Under the pieces are notes generated by a model, which was given only the letters and a program-made list of their open reading frames with translations, did no database searches and was not told the origin of the DNA. A program made the position numbers and the translations under genes. This document shows positions 37,452 through 46,077 of a stretch of DNA of 64,000 bases, piece after piece (positions within the stretch are counted from its first letter, which is position 1; the number at the start of each line of letters is the position of its first letter). This DNA comes from an uncultured Spirochaetaceae bacterium (GTDB lineage Bacteria > Spirochaetota > Spirochaetia > Sphaerochaetales > Sphaerochaetaceae): contig CALXLT010000039.1 of NCBI GenBank assembly GCA_944389275.1, positions 1,493 through 65,492 of the forward strand, written 5' to 3'.

Positions 37452-38093
37452 TTAAGCTGTTCTTTTCCACATATATACCGACAGGTATGGCTGCATTATG
37501 TTATGTGCATTTCCGCTTCCTGTGCTGTTTATCGTATGCTGATGGCTGCCATTTGAATCTATCGAGAGATCGTGTGAATGTTCTCCGGCAGAGTCCTCTT
37601 TCAATATCTTGCTTGGATTGCTATACCATTCTCGTTCGGAGCTGGTGCTTTGATAATTCAATCCAAAAACAGTGTTACTGTTGTAATCATAAGGATACAT
37701 ATAATTCATGCCTTCCCTAGTATTCGTAGTGCAAATAGAAAGAGTATGCTGATGGCTTCCAGCTAACTCCGCTTCACCTGAATGGCTATGTGATCCGGCA
37801 CTGTTCATCGTATGGTTATGAGAAGGCATTTCAGATGTGGAGAGCTTGTGGGTTTCCTCGCCTCCTGTCTCTCCTGCAGGATGCGCTGAGCCTGCACCTA
37901 TCAGGACACGGCCATCATCCAAAGCCTCCCAGGTCCCTCCAATGAAATTAGCTGGAGATACGCTCGATGTGCTTATGTATATAGAACCGACCGGATACAG
38001 GGCATCAACCTTTGCATTGAGCTCCTTTTCCAGCTCCTGCTTCACCCAGTCCTTTATGGCTTTCAAGGCTTCATTGCTTACTGCCTGGCTCAT
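37452..38093 (-). CDS. Tail fibre protein with phage Tail Collar domain (paralog 2)
   Basis: Same conserved N- and C-terminal blocks as 36191..36865 (ALKAIKDWVK..., GGTWEALDDGRVLIGAG...THKLSTSEMPSHNHT, NIMQPYLSVYMWKRT). The central part is divergent. Confidence 0.8.
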   Translation of the reverse strand: MSQAVSNEALKAIKDWVKQELEKELNAKVDALYPVGSIYISTSSVSPANFIGGTWEALDDGRVLIGAGSAHPAGETGGEETHKLSTSEMPSHNHTMNSAGSHSHSGEAELAGSHQHTLSICTTNTREGMNYMYPYDYNSNTVFGLNYQSTSSEREWYSNPSKILKEDSAGEHSHDLSIDSNGSHQHTINSTGSGNAHNIMQPYLSVYMWKRTA

Positions 38094-38102
38094 AATCCCT
38101 CC

Positions 38103-38753
38103 TTAATCTGCAGCGTTAAGAATCGTCATCGCTTCGTCATATGTCATGAGTTCCACAATGCCTGCTGTAGTTTCTGATGCGTCTGAAACATTGGCAGCTT
38201 CCTGTACGCTTTCCAGTATCTCCTGTGCCTGATCTCGGGCTGATTCTGCATCTGTCTTGGCTGTCTCGGCAGCTGTCTTATATCCAGCAACCTCTGTCTT
38301 ATCGGCCGCGATAGAGGTACTCCATTCCTGTAGAGATGCAGTAAGCTTCGCCGCTATTGCAGCAATCGCATCTCCCCTAGCGCCGGCGGTATCGCTTTGC
38401 CCTATTGAAGCCAAGGCATTGGAGAGCGCAGTGGAAATAGCGGATATCGCCTGTCCCCTGGCTCCGGAGGAATCATCCTGTCCAATCGCAGCAAGAGCAG
38501 CTTCACAATCTGCCAAGGCTTGCTCTGCCGCCTCTTTCGCATCAACGGCACCTGCTTCAGCGTCTGTCGCAACCTTGCCCAATGCAGCGATAAGGGACTT
38601 TATCGTATACCATCCCTGCGACCCCTTCTCTGGCTTGCCGTCAGAGCCTATCTTGAAGGCAAAGAGCGAATGGTCCTCTGACGGCGTTTGAGCCTGAGCC
38701 ATGCTGAAGGTCGAATCTATGTTTATCTTGCTGGTATCTATCGTATCCGCCAT
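38103..38753 (-). CDS. Ala-rich fibrous tail/fibre-associated protein
   Basis: Internal repeat IGQDDSSGARGQAISAIS / IGQSDTAGARGDAIAAIA. Coiled-coil-like composition. Located between the tail-tip protein and the fibres. Confidence 0.55.
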   Translation of the reverse strand: MADTIDTSKINIDSTFSMAQAQTPSEDHSLFAFKIGSDGKPEKGSQGWYTIKSLIAALGKVATDAEAGAVDAKEAAEQALADCEAALAAIGQDDSSGARGQAISAISTALSNALASIGQSDTAGARGDAIAAIAAKLTASLQEWSTSIAADKTEVAGYKTAAETAKTDAESARDQAQEILESVQEAANVSDASETTAGIVELMTYDEAMTILNAAD

Positions 38754-38762
38754 GTTATTCTC

Positions 38763-41700
38763 CTATATCTCTCCGAGTCTTATCTTCACGTTGCCATTCG
38801 CATCTGCATAAAACTCTCCGACATTCATAGCAAGCTTTTCCTGATCAGTAGGATTAACTACTATCTGAGCTTTGATTGAATCCGAAGAATAAAGCCTGAA
38901 TGAGATGCTTATACTGCTGTTAACCCATATCCCCGCTGAATCAGACAGTGTATTGATTGCAAAGGAATCTTGAGAAGAAGGCATGGTACTGCTATCTTCC
39001 ATGAGAGTCAGTCCAGCATTCCTTCTAAGATACAAAGGCTCCATATCCTCGTTATAGAACTGAAGGATTGAGCTGGTATTATTGCTTTGAGGATTGATGA
39101 ACAAGATATATCTTAACCCTGAGATATTACTGCTCTGAACTTCAAGCAATCTATTATCAAGATTGGCCATCTCTATATTGTAGTAATTATAAGAAGAAGC
39201 AGCCAATGCTGAAGATAAGCTGTTTATCAATGTCCTCAATTGCTTCGGACTACGCTCTGTAGTTGAAATGGTTATTGTAGATGAAAGATTTCGAGACATG
39301 ACTTTAAATGACTGGCATTCTATCGACCCTTTGAAGCTGCCGCTTGTAGCAGTTATTGCCCCTGAAACATCTACGCCAAAAGCTGATAGATATCCATTAG
39401 CATCAATGGAGAATCTTCCGCTCTTACTTCTGATAGTCTGGTCACTGGCTCGATACATGAAACCAGTGTCAGGCTCTGTCAGCCCGCTGTTAGGCTTGCC
39501 GAAGAAGATATTGCCAGTAGAAGGATCTATCTGGAATATAACGGTCCCATTGTATTTCGCTCTTATGACCGGAGTGACCTTCTCGCCATTCTGATAGTCA
39601 TAGATTTCAAAGCTGAAAGGAGAGCCATCTCCGACATGCAGGTTCCTTATCTTTGCATAATATGAGAACAGAAGATTGGCTGCCATATTAGCTGCAAAGA
39701 TGTTGACAGCAGAAAGCGTAGTGGATGATGAAGGTGCATTAACAGAATCCCAAAGCGAATCCTGAAGGACTTTGAAGCCAAAAGAAACCGGCATGTTTCC
39801 ATCAGCAATAACCCATTCTGAGCCATTCCAGTAATACGGATCTCTTACTCCTTCAGCTGTCTCTATTATCAGATGATCACCCGCCATCAGCGGTCCTTCT
39901 GCCGTATCATTAGGAAGCGTTGCGCCGGATGTATAGATGCCGAGATACATCTCCTCAGCCTTCCCTTCCTGGACACCTGAGACTACGAAGTACTTGCCAA
40001 CATCGATATCAGCGATAGAGCAATGTATCGTGATATTCGGTAGAGCAACCATCGGACTGATGATGATGACAATCTCGCTGTCATCCGCATCATTAACCCT
40101 CTCCCATTCAATGAGAGTCTCATCCGCTGGCTCTACGCTCCATGTTATGGGTGCGGTAGTGTTCAGCCGCTGGCAGCGGACATTGATGCGCTGGCACTTA
40201 TCATTCTCATCGCTTTCCTTCGTCACCCCGCGTGAAGTGAGCTTGAAGGTCTGCGGATTGACTATGAGATTGAAATCCATGGCAGGAGTGCCTGTGGTGC
40301 AGAAGTAGTCCCACTGGCTCTCCTGATAGTTCCAATACTTTACCCAGAGATAGTTGAGGCCGAAAGGCTTATCAGGAACTAGCGTCTCCCAGCTTCCGGA
40401 ATCGAGGACAAAGCCCATGACCTCGCCATTTACCTCCCAGGTAATAGCCATATCATCCCATGTAAGGAGGTCCACTCCCTCATCAGGAGCGATGTATGGA
40501 GTTGCCGCCCACTGGAAGAAGACGACAGGATTGCCGCCATCCTTCGAGGTCATCTTTATGACTATCCACTCGCTGGAGGATGATGTCTTGAAGCGCAGCC
40601 ATGCTGACTCGCCTTCCTGGGGCACTGGTTGCGTATTCTGCCACACAGTAGAGCTGTCAGGCGATTGGCCATCAGGGAGCACCGCGAACTGCATCTGAAT
40701 CTCCAGGTCTGTGGAGATATAGTTGATGACCTTCTCGACAGAGTATGTCTCCCCATCATAATCAGCCTCACACCTGAGACGGTTTATCCCTGGCGCAAGC
40801 ATGAGCTTCGAGAACTGGATGATCAGGCTGCTATAGCCCTGCAGCAGGGCCCCATTCAGATACCATCTCGGCGTGGCTTTATATTTCGAGAATACAGTTC
40901 CCCAGGCCTCCGCATAGACAGGCTGGCTATCCTCATCTTCCGGGAGGATATTCGACTCAGATACCTGCATGAGGAAGAAATCAGGCTGGCTTTCAGGCCG
41001 GCTTACATCATCATCACGGTCAATGGCTGGCTTGCTGAAAGCCGCTGAGCCGTAGCCTTCAGCCTCATACTCGAAAAGACCGGTATCATCCGAAAGTGTC
41101 CTCTTGATGATCCTTGCAGTAGTAGAGACTCCAGTAAGATCACCCTCAGCCAGCGACACGATAGTCCCTGGCTCAATCTGCTCAAAGCTCCTGAACTTAT
41201 AGGAGAAGGCCCCGAACTGCCCGCGGTTCCTGATGACGGAAGCCAAGGACATGGCATAGGCAATGGATTCTATATACCGTGCAGAATACTCCTCCGCATT
41301 CTCCCCGGCATATCCCACAGTCTTTGTCTCTTCCCTGGTGTAGGAGATATCAGCATAGATCCTGATGCGGTATTTCAGCTCTACGAAGAACAGCCCGCCG
41401 ACTGCCCATAGGCTATATGACAGATGGCCTTTCTTATCATCGCAGTTGCTGATCTCAAGCTCGTTCGCGCCTGCTGCGCCCAATCCCCATGTGATGTTCT
41501 TCCCTTCCACCCAGAAGTTAGAGAGTATGATCTCCTTGCCGTTATCATCCTCTATCTGGCTGAGGTCCCAGTTCACGTCCTTATCAGCAGTAGCCCATAC
41601 AGTGGTTCCGGCCACTATGCCAGGCCAGCCTCTCCGCGTCTCCTCATATATGCAGACATCCTCCTTGGCCTTGTACTTATCGAACTTGACCAAGGCGCCA

Positions 41701-42470
41701 TCCACGGCATCATCTGAACGGCTTATGGAGAAGGAATTCCTGAAGACGGATACGGTCTTCGATGAGCTGAGAGGATGCTCAGTTGAATCAGCATTCCCAT
41801 CAGCATCATATTCCGTCTCGATGATCGTGCCAGTCTGGAATATATGCATCCTGCCTTCAGCATCAAACCGATAATCATAGACATATTCATAAAGGAGAGT
41901 GCCCAGTATATCATCAAGATACTCCCCTTCCTTCAGGGAGAAGCGGTTGAGCTTGACATCGAGGAGCGGAGCCTCCGTGATTGTAATGCCAGCCAGTGCG
42001 CATATCTGATGTACTATGGATCTCTCTGAATCAGAGGCGCTGCATATGCTATAGCCATCCCAATTCTGGGCATAGATGATGTTCTTATCAGCTGCCTCTG
42101 ACACATCCGAATCATCGTCAAGCTCCGCATAGACCTTCTTGTGCAGCTTCTCTGTATAGTCCATGACCTCAAGCTGCAGGTCACCGAGATACATGGGCTC
42201 TGCAGTGATTGAGGCATAAGGGCGGATGACGCCGGTGAAGAGCACAGCCCCGCTGCTATCAACGACCTGCGCATCCAGCAGGCCGGAGCCATACATTATC
42301 GCGGAAAGGGCCTCTGAGCCTCGGACAGATACACGGCAGGATGACGCGGAATGCTTGCCAGCCTTTCCCGCAGCAAAGGTCAGGGTGAAGCCATCCCTTC
42401 TTATAGGGAAGCTCTTTACCCCTGAGGCTGTGGTTATCTTAAGCTGGTACGGCACTTCTACGGCTGGCAT
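38763..42470 (-). CDS. Large tail-tip / distal tail and host-specificity structural protein (1235 aa)
   Basis: ORF 38763..42488. TAATG overlap with the tape measure places the start at 42470. Position and size fit a fused Dit/Tal-like tail-tip protein. No domain confidently recognised by eye. Confidence 0.7.
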   Translation of the reverse strand: MPAVEVPYQLKITTASGVKSFPIRRDGFTLTFAAGKAGKHSASSCRVSVRGSEALSAIMYGSGLLDAQVVDSSGAVLFTGVIRPYASITAEPMYLGDLQLEVMDYTEKLHKKVYAELDDDSDVSEAADKNIIYAQNWDGYSICSASDSERSIVHQICALAGITITEAPLLDVKLNRFSLKEGEYLDDILGTLLYEYVYDYRFDAEGRMHIFQTGTIIETEYDADGNADSTEHPLSSSKTVSVFRNSFSISRSDDAVDGALVKFDKYKAKEDVCIYEETRRGWPGIVAGTTVWATADKDVNWDLSQIEDDNGKEIILSNFWVEGKNITWGLGAAGANELEISNCDDKKGHLSYSLWAVGGLFFVELKYRIRIYADISYTREETKTVGYAGENAEEYSARYIESIAYAMSLASVIRNRGQFGAFSYKFRSFEQIEPGTIVSLAEGDLTGVSTTARIIKRTLSDDTGLFEYEAEGYGSAAFSKPAIDRDDDVSRPESQPDFFLMQVSESNILPEDEDSQPVYAEAWGTVFSKYKATPRWYLNGALLQGYSSLIIQFSKLMLAPGINRLRCEADYDGETYSVEKVINYISTDLEIQMQFAVLPDGQSPDSSTVWQNTQPVPQEGESAWLRFKTSSSSEWIVIKMTSKDGGNPVVFFQWAATPYIAPDEGVDLLTWDDMAITWEVNGEVMGFVLDSGSWETLVPDKPFGLNYLWVKYWNYQESQWDYFCTTGTPAMDFNLIVNPQTFKLTSRGVTKESDENDKCQRINVRCQRLNTTAPITWSVEPADETLIEWERVNDADDSEIVIIISPMVALPNITIHCSIADIDVGKYFVVSGVQEGKAEEMYLGIYTSGATLPNDTAEGPLMAGDHLIIETAEGVRDPYYWNGSEWVIADGNMPVSFGFKVLQDSLWDSVNAPSSSTTLSAVNIFAANMAANLLFSYYAKIRNLHVGDGSPFSFEIYDYQNGEKVTPVIRAKYNGTVIFQIDPSTGNIFFGKPNSGLTEPDTGFMYRASDQTIRSKSGRFSIDANGYLSAFGVDVSGAITATSGSFKGSIECQSFKVMSRNLSSTITISTTERSPKQLRTLINSLSSALAASSYNYYNIEMANLDNRLLEVQSSNISGLRYILFINPQSNNTSSILQFYNEDMEPLYLRRNAGLTLMEDSSTMPSSQDSFAINTLSDSAGIWVNSSISISFRLYSSDSIKAQIVVNPTDQEKLAMNVGEFYADANGNVKIRLGEI

Positions 42471-44893
42471 TATGCAGTATACCTCCAAGACGGAAGGGCA
42501 CCTGTGCGCTGAGCACGCTCTATACCCTTGAAGATCTCATCGGCAAGCGACTCCTTCGAATACACTGCACCGATGCTTATCGAGATATTGATAACACCGC
42601 CTGACGCCCCTCCGAAACCGTACTTGTCCATATTCTGTTCATTGAGAGGCAATATGGCCTCAGGCGAACCGCCTTCGCCGATAAGGGCATGGGTCGGAGA
42701 GGTGACGATGCCTCCGGCAGCCAGCGGCGTATACTGCTGCGATGCTATGGCCGCTATCTGAGCCGCTCCGGCGGCAGCGACAATGGAGCCAAGGGCTATG
42801 CCGGCAATTCCGCCTTGGGCTATGGCTTCAGTGACGCCCTGGGCTATATTCATCGAAGCCTCTGCGATGGAGTTGACCTGATTGGCTATGAAGGCGGCCT
42901 TGCCGAGCTCGTTGGCCTTCTTGCGCTGCTCCTCCTCTTCCTCCGCGGCCTTCTCCTCAGCCTCTGCCCTGGCATCATCCAGGGCATTCATTGAATCGAT
43001 GTAATCCTCATAGGAGATATAGCCGGATGCCAGCATCGCATTGAGGCTATCCGCCTGCCTGCCCTGCTTCTCGTCAAGGTCATCGAAATACTCGTCCCAT
43101 TTCTCCTGGATCTTCGAGAGCTTGTCCTCAGCGGCATCGGACATGTTCTGCATGATGGTAGCGAACGAATCCCCGATAGAGAGAATCGGCTGCATGAACT
43201 GATTGACACCCGCAAAGGCTCTCTGCAGCTTTTCCATGGCCGTCTCGCCAGCCTCACCGGAATCGAGAAGGGCATCACGCTGCTCCCGTAGGGCAGCATT
43301 GATCTCAGAGAGCTGCTTGAATGTATCCGAATCCGGGTCAACCTCAGCCATCCAGGACTGGGAGGCCCGTATGGCATCATCCAGCTTATTGACACGTGAT
43401 GTCGTTGACAGGCCGCCATATTGCTCCAAGAACGAACTCATTGCTCCATCGGACCTGGTTCTTGCCTCATCAATGGCTGCATATCTAGCACCTATTGACA
43501 AACTTGCCTGCATAAGGCCTACATCTATGCCATAGCGGTTGTCAGGTTTGTAAAGAGAGCCATCAGCTGCTGTCAGATAGCCATCAAAGGACACGTGAGG
43601 TGCACCGTACGATGCAAAGGCGGTGCCTTTAGATTCTGCGTTATAGCTTTTGGCAAGATCAAGCCTCGCATCCTGGTATGGATCTTCTAACAGAGACTGC
43701 CACGGCTGGGAAGGACTCCATGGATTCAGGGAGCCTAGAACCGGACCTAAGGTATTTGCAACTAACTCCTTAGTCCGCCGCTCAAGCTCTGCATATACTT
43801 CATCAACAAGCTCTTTGTCTTTTGCCGCGAAAGCCGCCTGCCCTATCGCATTCCTTACACGGGAATTGAATCTAAGGTAATCAATAGCACTTGAAGGCGC
43901 CCCATACGTATCCCTATCACCCTGGAGCCATGTATTGTAGTTGGACCTGCTAAGGATTGACCTCAATTCCAGATCTGACAAAGAGGATAATGCTGGAACA
44001 GAATCTCCAGCTATATAAGAACGTAGGTAATCAAAGGCTACATCATCAGCCTTCGATTTTTCATTGTGTCTTGCTATCCATTCATCGATATCAAGAAGCT
44101 TCTCATAAAGCGCATCCAAAGCAGGTCCTATGGAATTGAGCAGCCCTTCGCCTAGCCCTTCCTTTATGTCGCTCCATACGTTGCCTATCTTCTCCAGCTT
44201 GCCGGTATCGGTATCAGCGATGGCCTCTGCCATATCGCCATAGGTCCCGGCAACCTCATCAAGGATAAGCTTCTGCGCATCATAGATGCCGTTCTGATCC
44301 TGGACTGTCTGTATGTTCTTCTTCTGCTGCTCTGTCAGCTGTATACCGGCTTCCTTAAGGCTCTCTATCTCACCAGCCGGGTCAGATAGGGCCTGTGCCA
44401 GGCGCTGTGCGGCTCCGGTAAGATCTTCGCCTGTCGCGGAAGCCATATCAAGGACTGCTTTGGTGGCTTCCGGCAGAGTCTCCCTGCTTATCTTCCTGGT
44501 AGCGACAAGCATCTGCTCGACAGCGAGTATCTCCTGATCTGTATAGGTCGAAGCCTTGGAGAATGCATCCGCAAGCTCTAGGAGCTCACCTACTGACATC
44601 CCTATGACATTCTGCGTAGCGCGGAGGGTTGCTTGAAGCCGGCGCTCTGAAAGCTCTTGGGCAGAATAAGCGGACACCAGAGCTGAACATGCATCAACGA
44701 CCTTCCCGATTCCACTGGCAAGGATACCGGCCGCATTCGTTACGACTGAGAAGCCAGCCGCTACAACTGCCAGTGATTTCCGGCTGGCTTCGCTTTCCCT
44801 CTGCAGGGAATCAAGCTTCTGGTTGACCTGGTTTATTCCATTGACGGCAGATGATACATCTGCCTGTATCTTGATTGCGATATTGTTTGCCAT
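42470..44893 (-). CDS. Tail tape measure protein
   Basis: 807 aa, helical Ala/Glu/Leu-rich. Hydrophobic Gly/Ala segment (IAQGGIAGIALGSIVAAAGAAQIAAIAS) near the C-terminus. Lies directly after the chaperone pair. Confidence 0.85.
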   Translation of the reverse strand: MANNIAIKIQADVSSAVNGINQVNQKLDSLQRESEASRKSLAVVAAGFSVVTNAAGILASGIGKVVDACSALVSAYSAQELSERRLQATLRATQNVIGMSVGELLELADAFSKASTYTDQEILAVEQMLVATRKISRETLPEATKAVLDMASATGEDLTGAAQRLAQALSDPAGEIESLKEAGIQLTEQQKKNIQTVQDQNGIYDAQKLILDEVAGTYGDMAEAIADTDTGKLEKIGNVWSDIKEGLGEGLLNSIGPALDALYEKLLDIDEWIARHNEKSKADDVAFDYLRSYIAGDSVPALSSLSDLELRSILSRSNYNTWLQGDRDTYGAPSSAIDYLRFNSRVRNAIGQAAFAAKDKELVDEVYAELERRTKELVANTLGPVLGSLNPWSPSQPWQSLLEDPYQDARLDLAKSYNAESKGTAFASYGAPHVSFDGYLTAADGSLYKPDNRYGIDVGLMQASLSIGARYAAIDEARTRSDGAMSSFLEQYGGLSTTSRVNKLDDAIRASQSWMAEVDPDSDTFKQLSEINAALREQRDALLDSGEAGETAMEKLQRAFAGVNQFMQPILSIGDSFATIMQNMSDAAEDKLSKIQEKWDEYFDDLDEKQGRQADSLNAMLASGYISYEDYIDSMNALDDARAEAEEKAAEEEEEQRKKANELGKAAFIANQVNSIAEASMNIAQGVTEAIAQGGIAGIALGSIVAAAGAAQIAAIASQQYTPLAAGGIVTSPTHALIGEGGSPEAILPLNEQNMDKYGFGGASGGVINISISIGAVYSKESLADEIFKGIERAQRTGALPSWRYTA

Positions 44894-44920
44894 TTCCTGC
44901 CTCAGAACGGCAGCAGGCTA

Positions 44921-45028
44921 TCAGAACAGAAAAGCTATAAGAACAATGACAGCAGGAGCGACAGCGCATCCGATTACGAATGCGATCCCAAGCTTTGCTC
45001 CTAATTCAAAATCATCCCTCAGGCTCAT
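44921..45028 (-). CDS. Possible 35-aa single-TM micro-ORF between chaperones and tape measure
   Basis: ATG 45028: MSLRDDFELGAKLGIAFVIGCAVAPAVIVLIAFLF. Below the ORF-track cutoff. No convincing SD. Confidence 0.25.
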   Translation of the reverse strand: MSLRDDFELGAKLGIAFVIGCAVAPAVIVLIAFLF

Positions 45029-45059
45029 AGCTGTATCTTAATCCGACATCTCCTTGCCG

Positions 45060-45341
45060 TCAAATCGTTACCTGCGGGTGATAGAACCTATCCAAAGGCT
45101 CCAGGATATCCACCACCTCGACAAGCCTCTCCGGATTCAATGCCCAGGAGCCATAAGGCATGCCCATCCTTTTGAATCTCTGATAGAAGCGGATCGCAGA
45201 TGCCGCATCCTCATCCTGCAATGCGGCATTTATCTCCATCGCAGAGATGAACGATCCGTTCTTCAGCCTTATGACCCTGTCCTTCTCCTCTTCCGGGAAG
45301 CTATCGGAATAGCCCTCGGAGAGGATTGAGTACAGGGTCAC
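45060..45341 (-). CDS. Tail assembly chaperone, frameshift extension (gpT-like)
   Basis: In the -1 frame relative to 45341..45640. The track start is a GTG. The frame is open from the slippery site onward. Confidence 0.7.
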   Translation of the reverse strand: MTLYSILSEGYSDSFPEEEKDRVIRLKNGSFISAMEINAALQDEDAASAIRFYQRFKRMGMPYGSWALNPERLVEVVDILEPLDRFYHPQVTI

Positions 45342-45640
45342 TATCCGTTTTTTTCCGCCTCCGAGATGAAGGCAGTCTGCACGACCTCCAGCGCAGCCTT
45401 ATTGACCAGCGGGTATGTTCCAGGGGACTCAAGCACGGTCTTGGCTCCTACGCCTTCCTGCCAGCCTTCGATATCAGGAGACGTGACCTTGGTGACAAAG
45501 GCTTCGAAGATGGCTGAATCCTTCGTGCCGCCCTTCAGGTTCTCTTCAACCTCAAGCGCTGTCGGAACGACGAAATCCACGGTAACCGTCACTCCCAAGA
45601 AGGGAATCTCTACTGTCTTCTTCCTTGAAAGCGAGATCAT
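45341..45640 (-). CDS. Tail assembly chaperone (gpG-like)
   Basis: 99 aa, acidic. Lies between the major tail and tape measure genes. ATGA overlap with the major tail gene. Confidence 0.75.
   Translation of the reverse strand: MISLSRKKTVEIPFLGVTVTVDFVVPTALEVEENLKGGTKDSAIFEAFVTKVTSPDIEGWQEGVGAKTVLESPGTYPLVNKAALEVVQTAFISEAEKNG
45347..45353 (-). promoter_or_regulatory. Programmed -1 ribosomal frameshift slippery heptamer A_AAA_AAC
   Basis: Minus strand GCG GAA AAA AAC GGA TAG. The heptamer lies in the X_XXY_YYZ register two codons before the stop of the gpG-like ORF. Confidence 0.6.
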
Positions 45641-46077
45641 ACGCCATCCCCGCTATCTGAGTTGCCCTGCAAACTCTGCTGCCCCTGCGAAGCCTTGATA
45701 GCAAGGGCTCCCGTCCCCTGGAAGTTGATGGAGGCTGCAACCTTATCAGCAAAAGAGCCAGTGATGCTGAGGGAAGAGATCACGATCGTTCCAGTATAGG
45801 TAAGATCAGGTCCGACCTTGAACTCGCATGAAACCGGCGTATCCGTTGGAGTCGCCAGCTCATCGACAATCGCCTTCTGCGCCGGATTGCCGTAATCAAG
45901 CGTGCCTGACATCGATCCTGACCAATCCGAGCAGGTAGAGATGTACTCCCTCCACTGCTTGCCTATCTGCGATGTCTCCGCAGTTCCCTGATTGACATTG
46001 ATCGAGAAGTTATCGATATATCCGATCTGACTCTCCCCAATCATGATCTTTCCGTTCTTTCCAGCCATTACTGCCAT
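45637..46077 (-). CDS. Major tail protein (TP901-1/phi13-like)
   Basis: MAVMAGKNGKIMIGESQIGYIDNFSINVNQGTAETSQIGKQWREY...SGSMSGTLDY pattern. Position upstream of the chaperones. Confidence 0.8.
   Translation of the reverse strand: MAVMAGKNGKIMIGESQIGYIDNFSINVNQGTAETSQIGKQWREYISTCSDWSGSMSGTLDYGNPAQKAIVDELATPTDTPVSCEFKVGPDLTYTGTIVISSLSITGSFADKVAASINFQGTGALAIKASQGQQSLQGNSDSGDGV

Noticed and set aside
36191-38093. Whether a diversity-generating retroelement acts on the tail fibres
   Set aside because: No reverse transcriptase is present in the window. The two fibre paralogs differ by whole-segment replacement rather than by adenine-specific substitutions between a template and a variable repeat.
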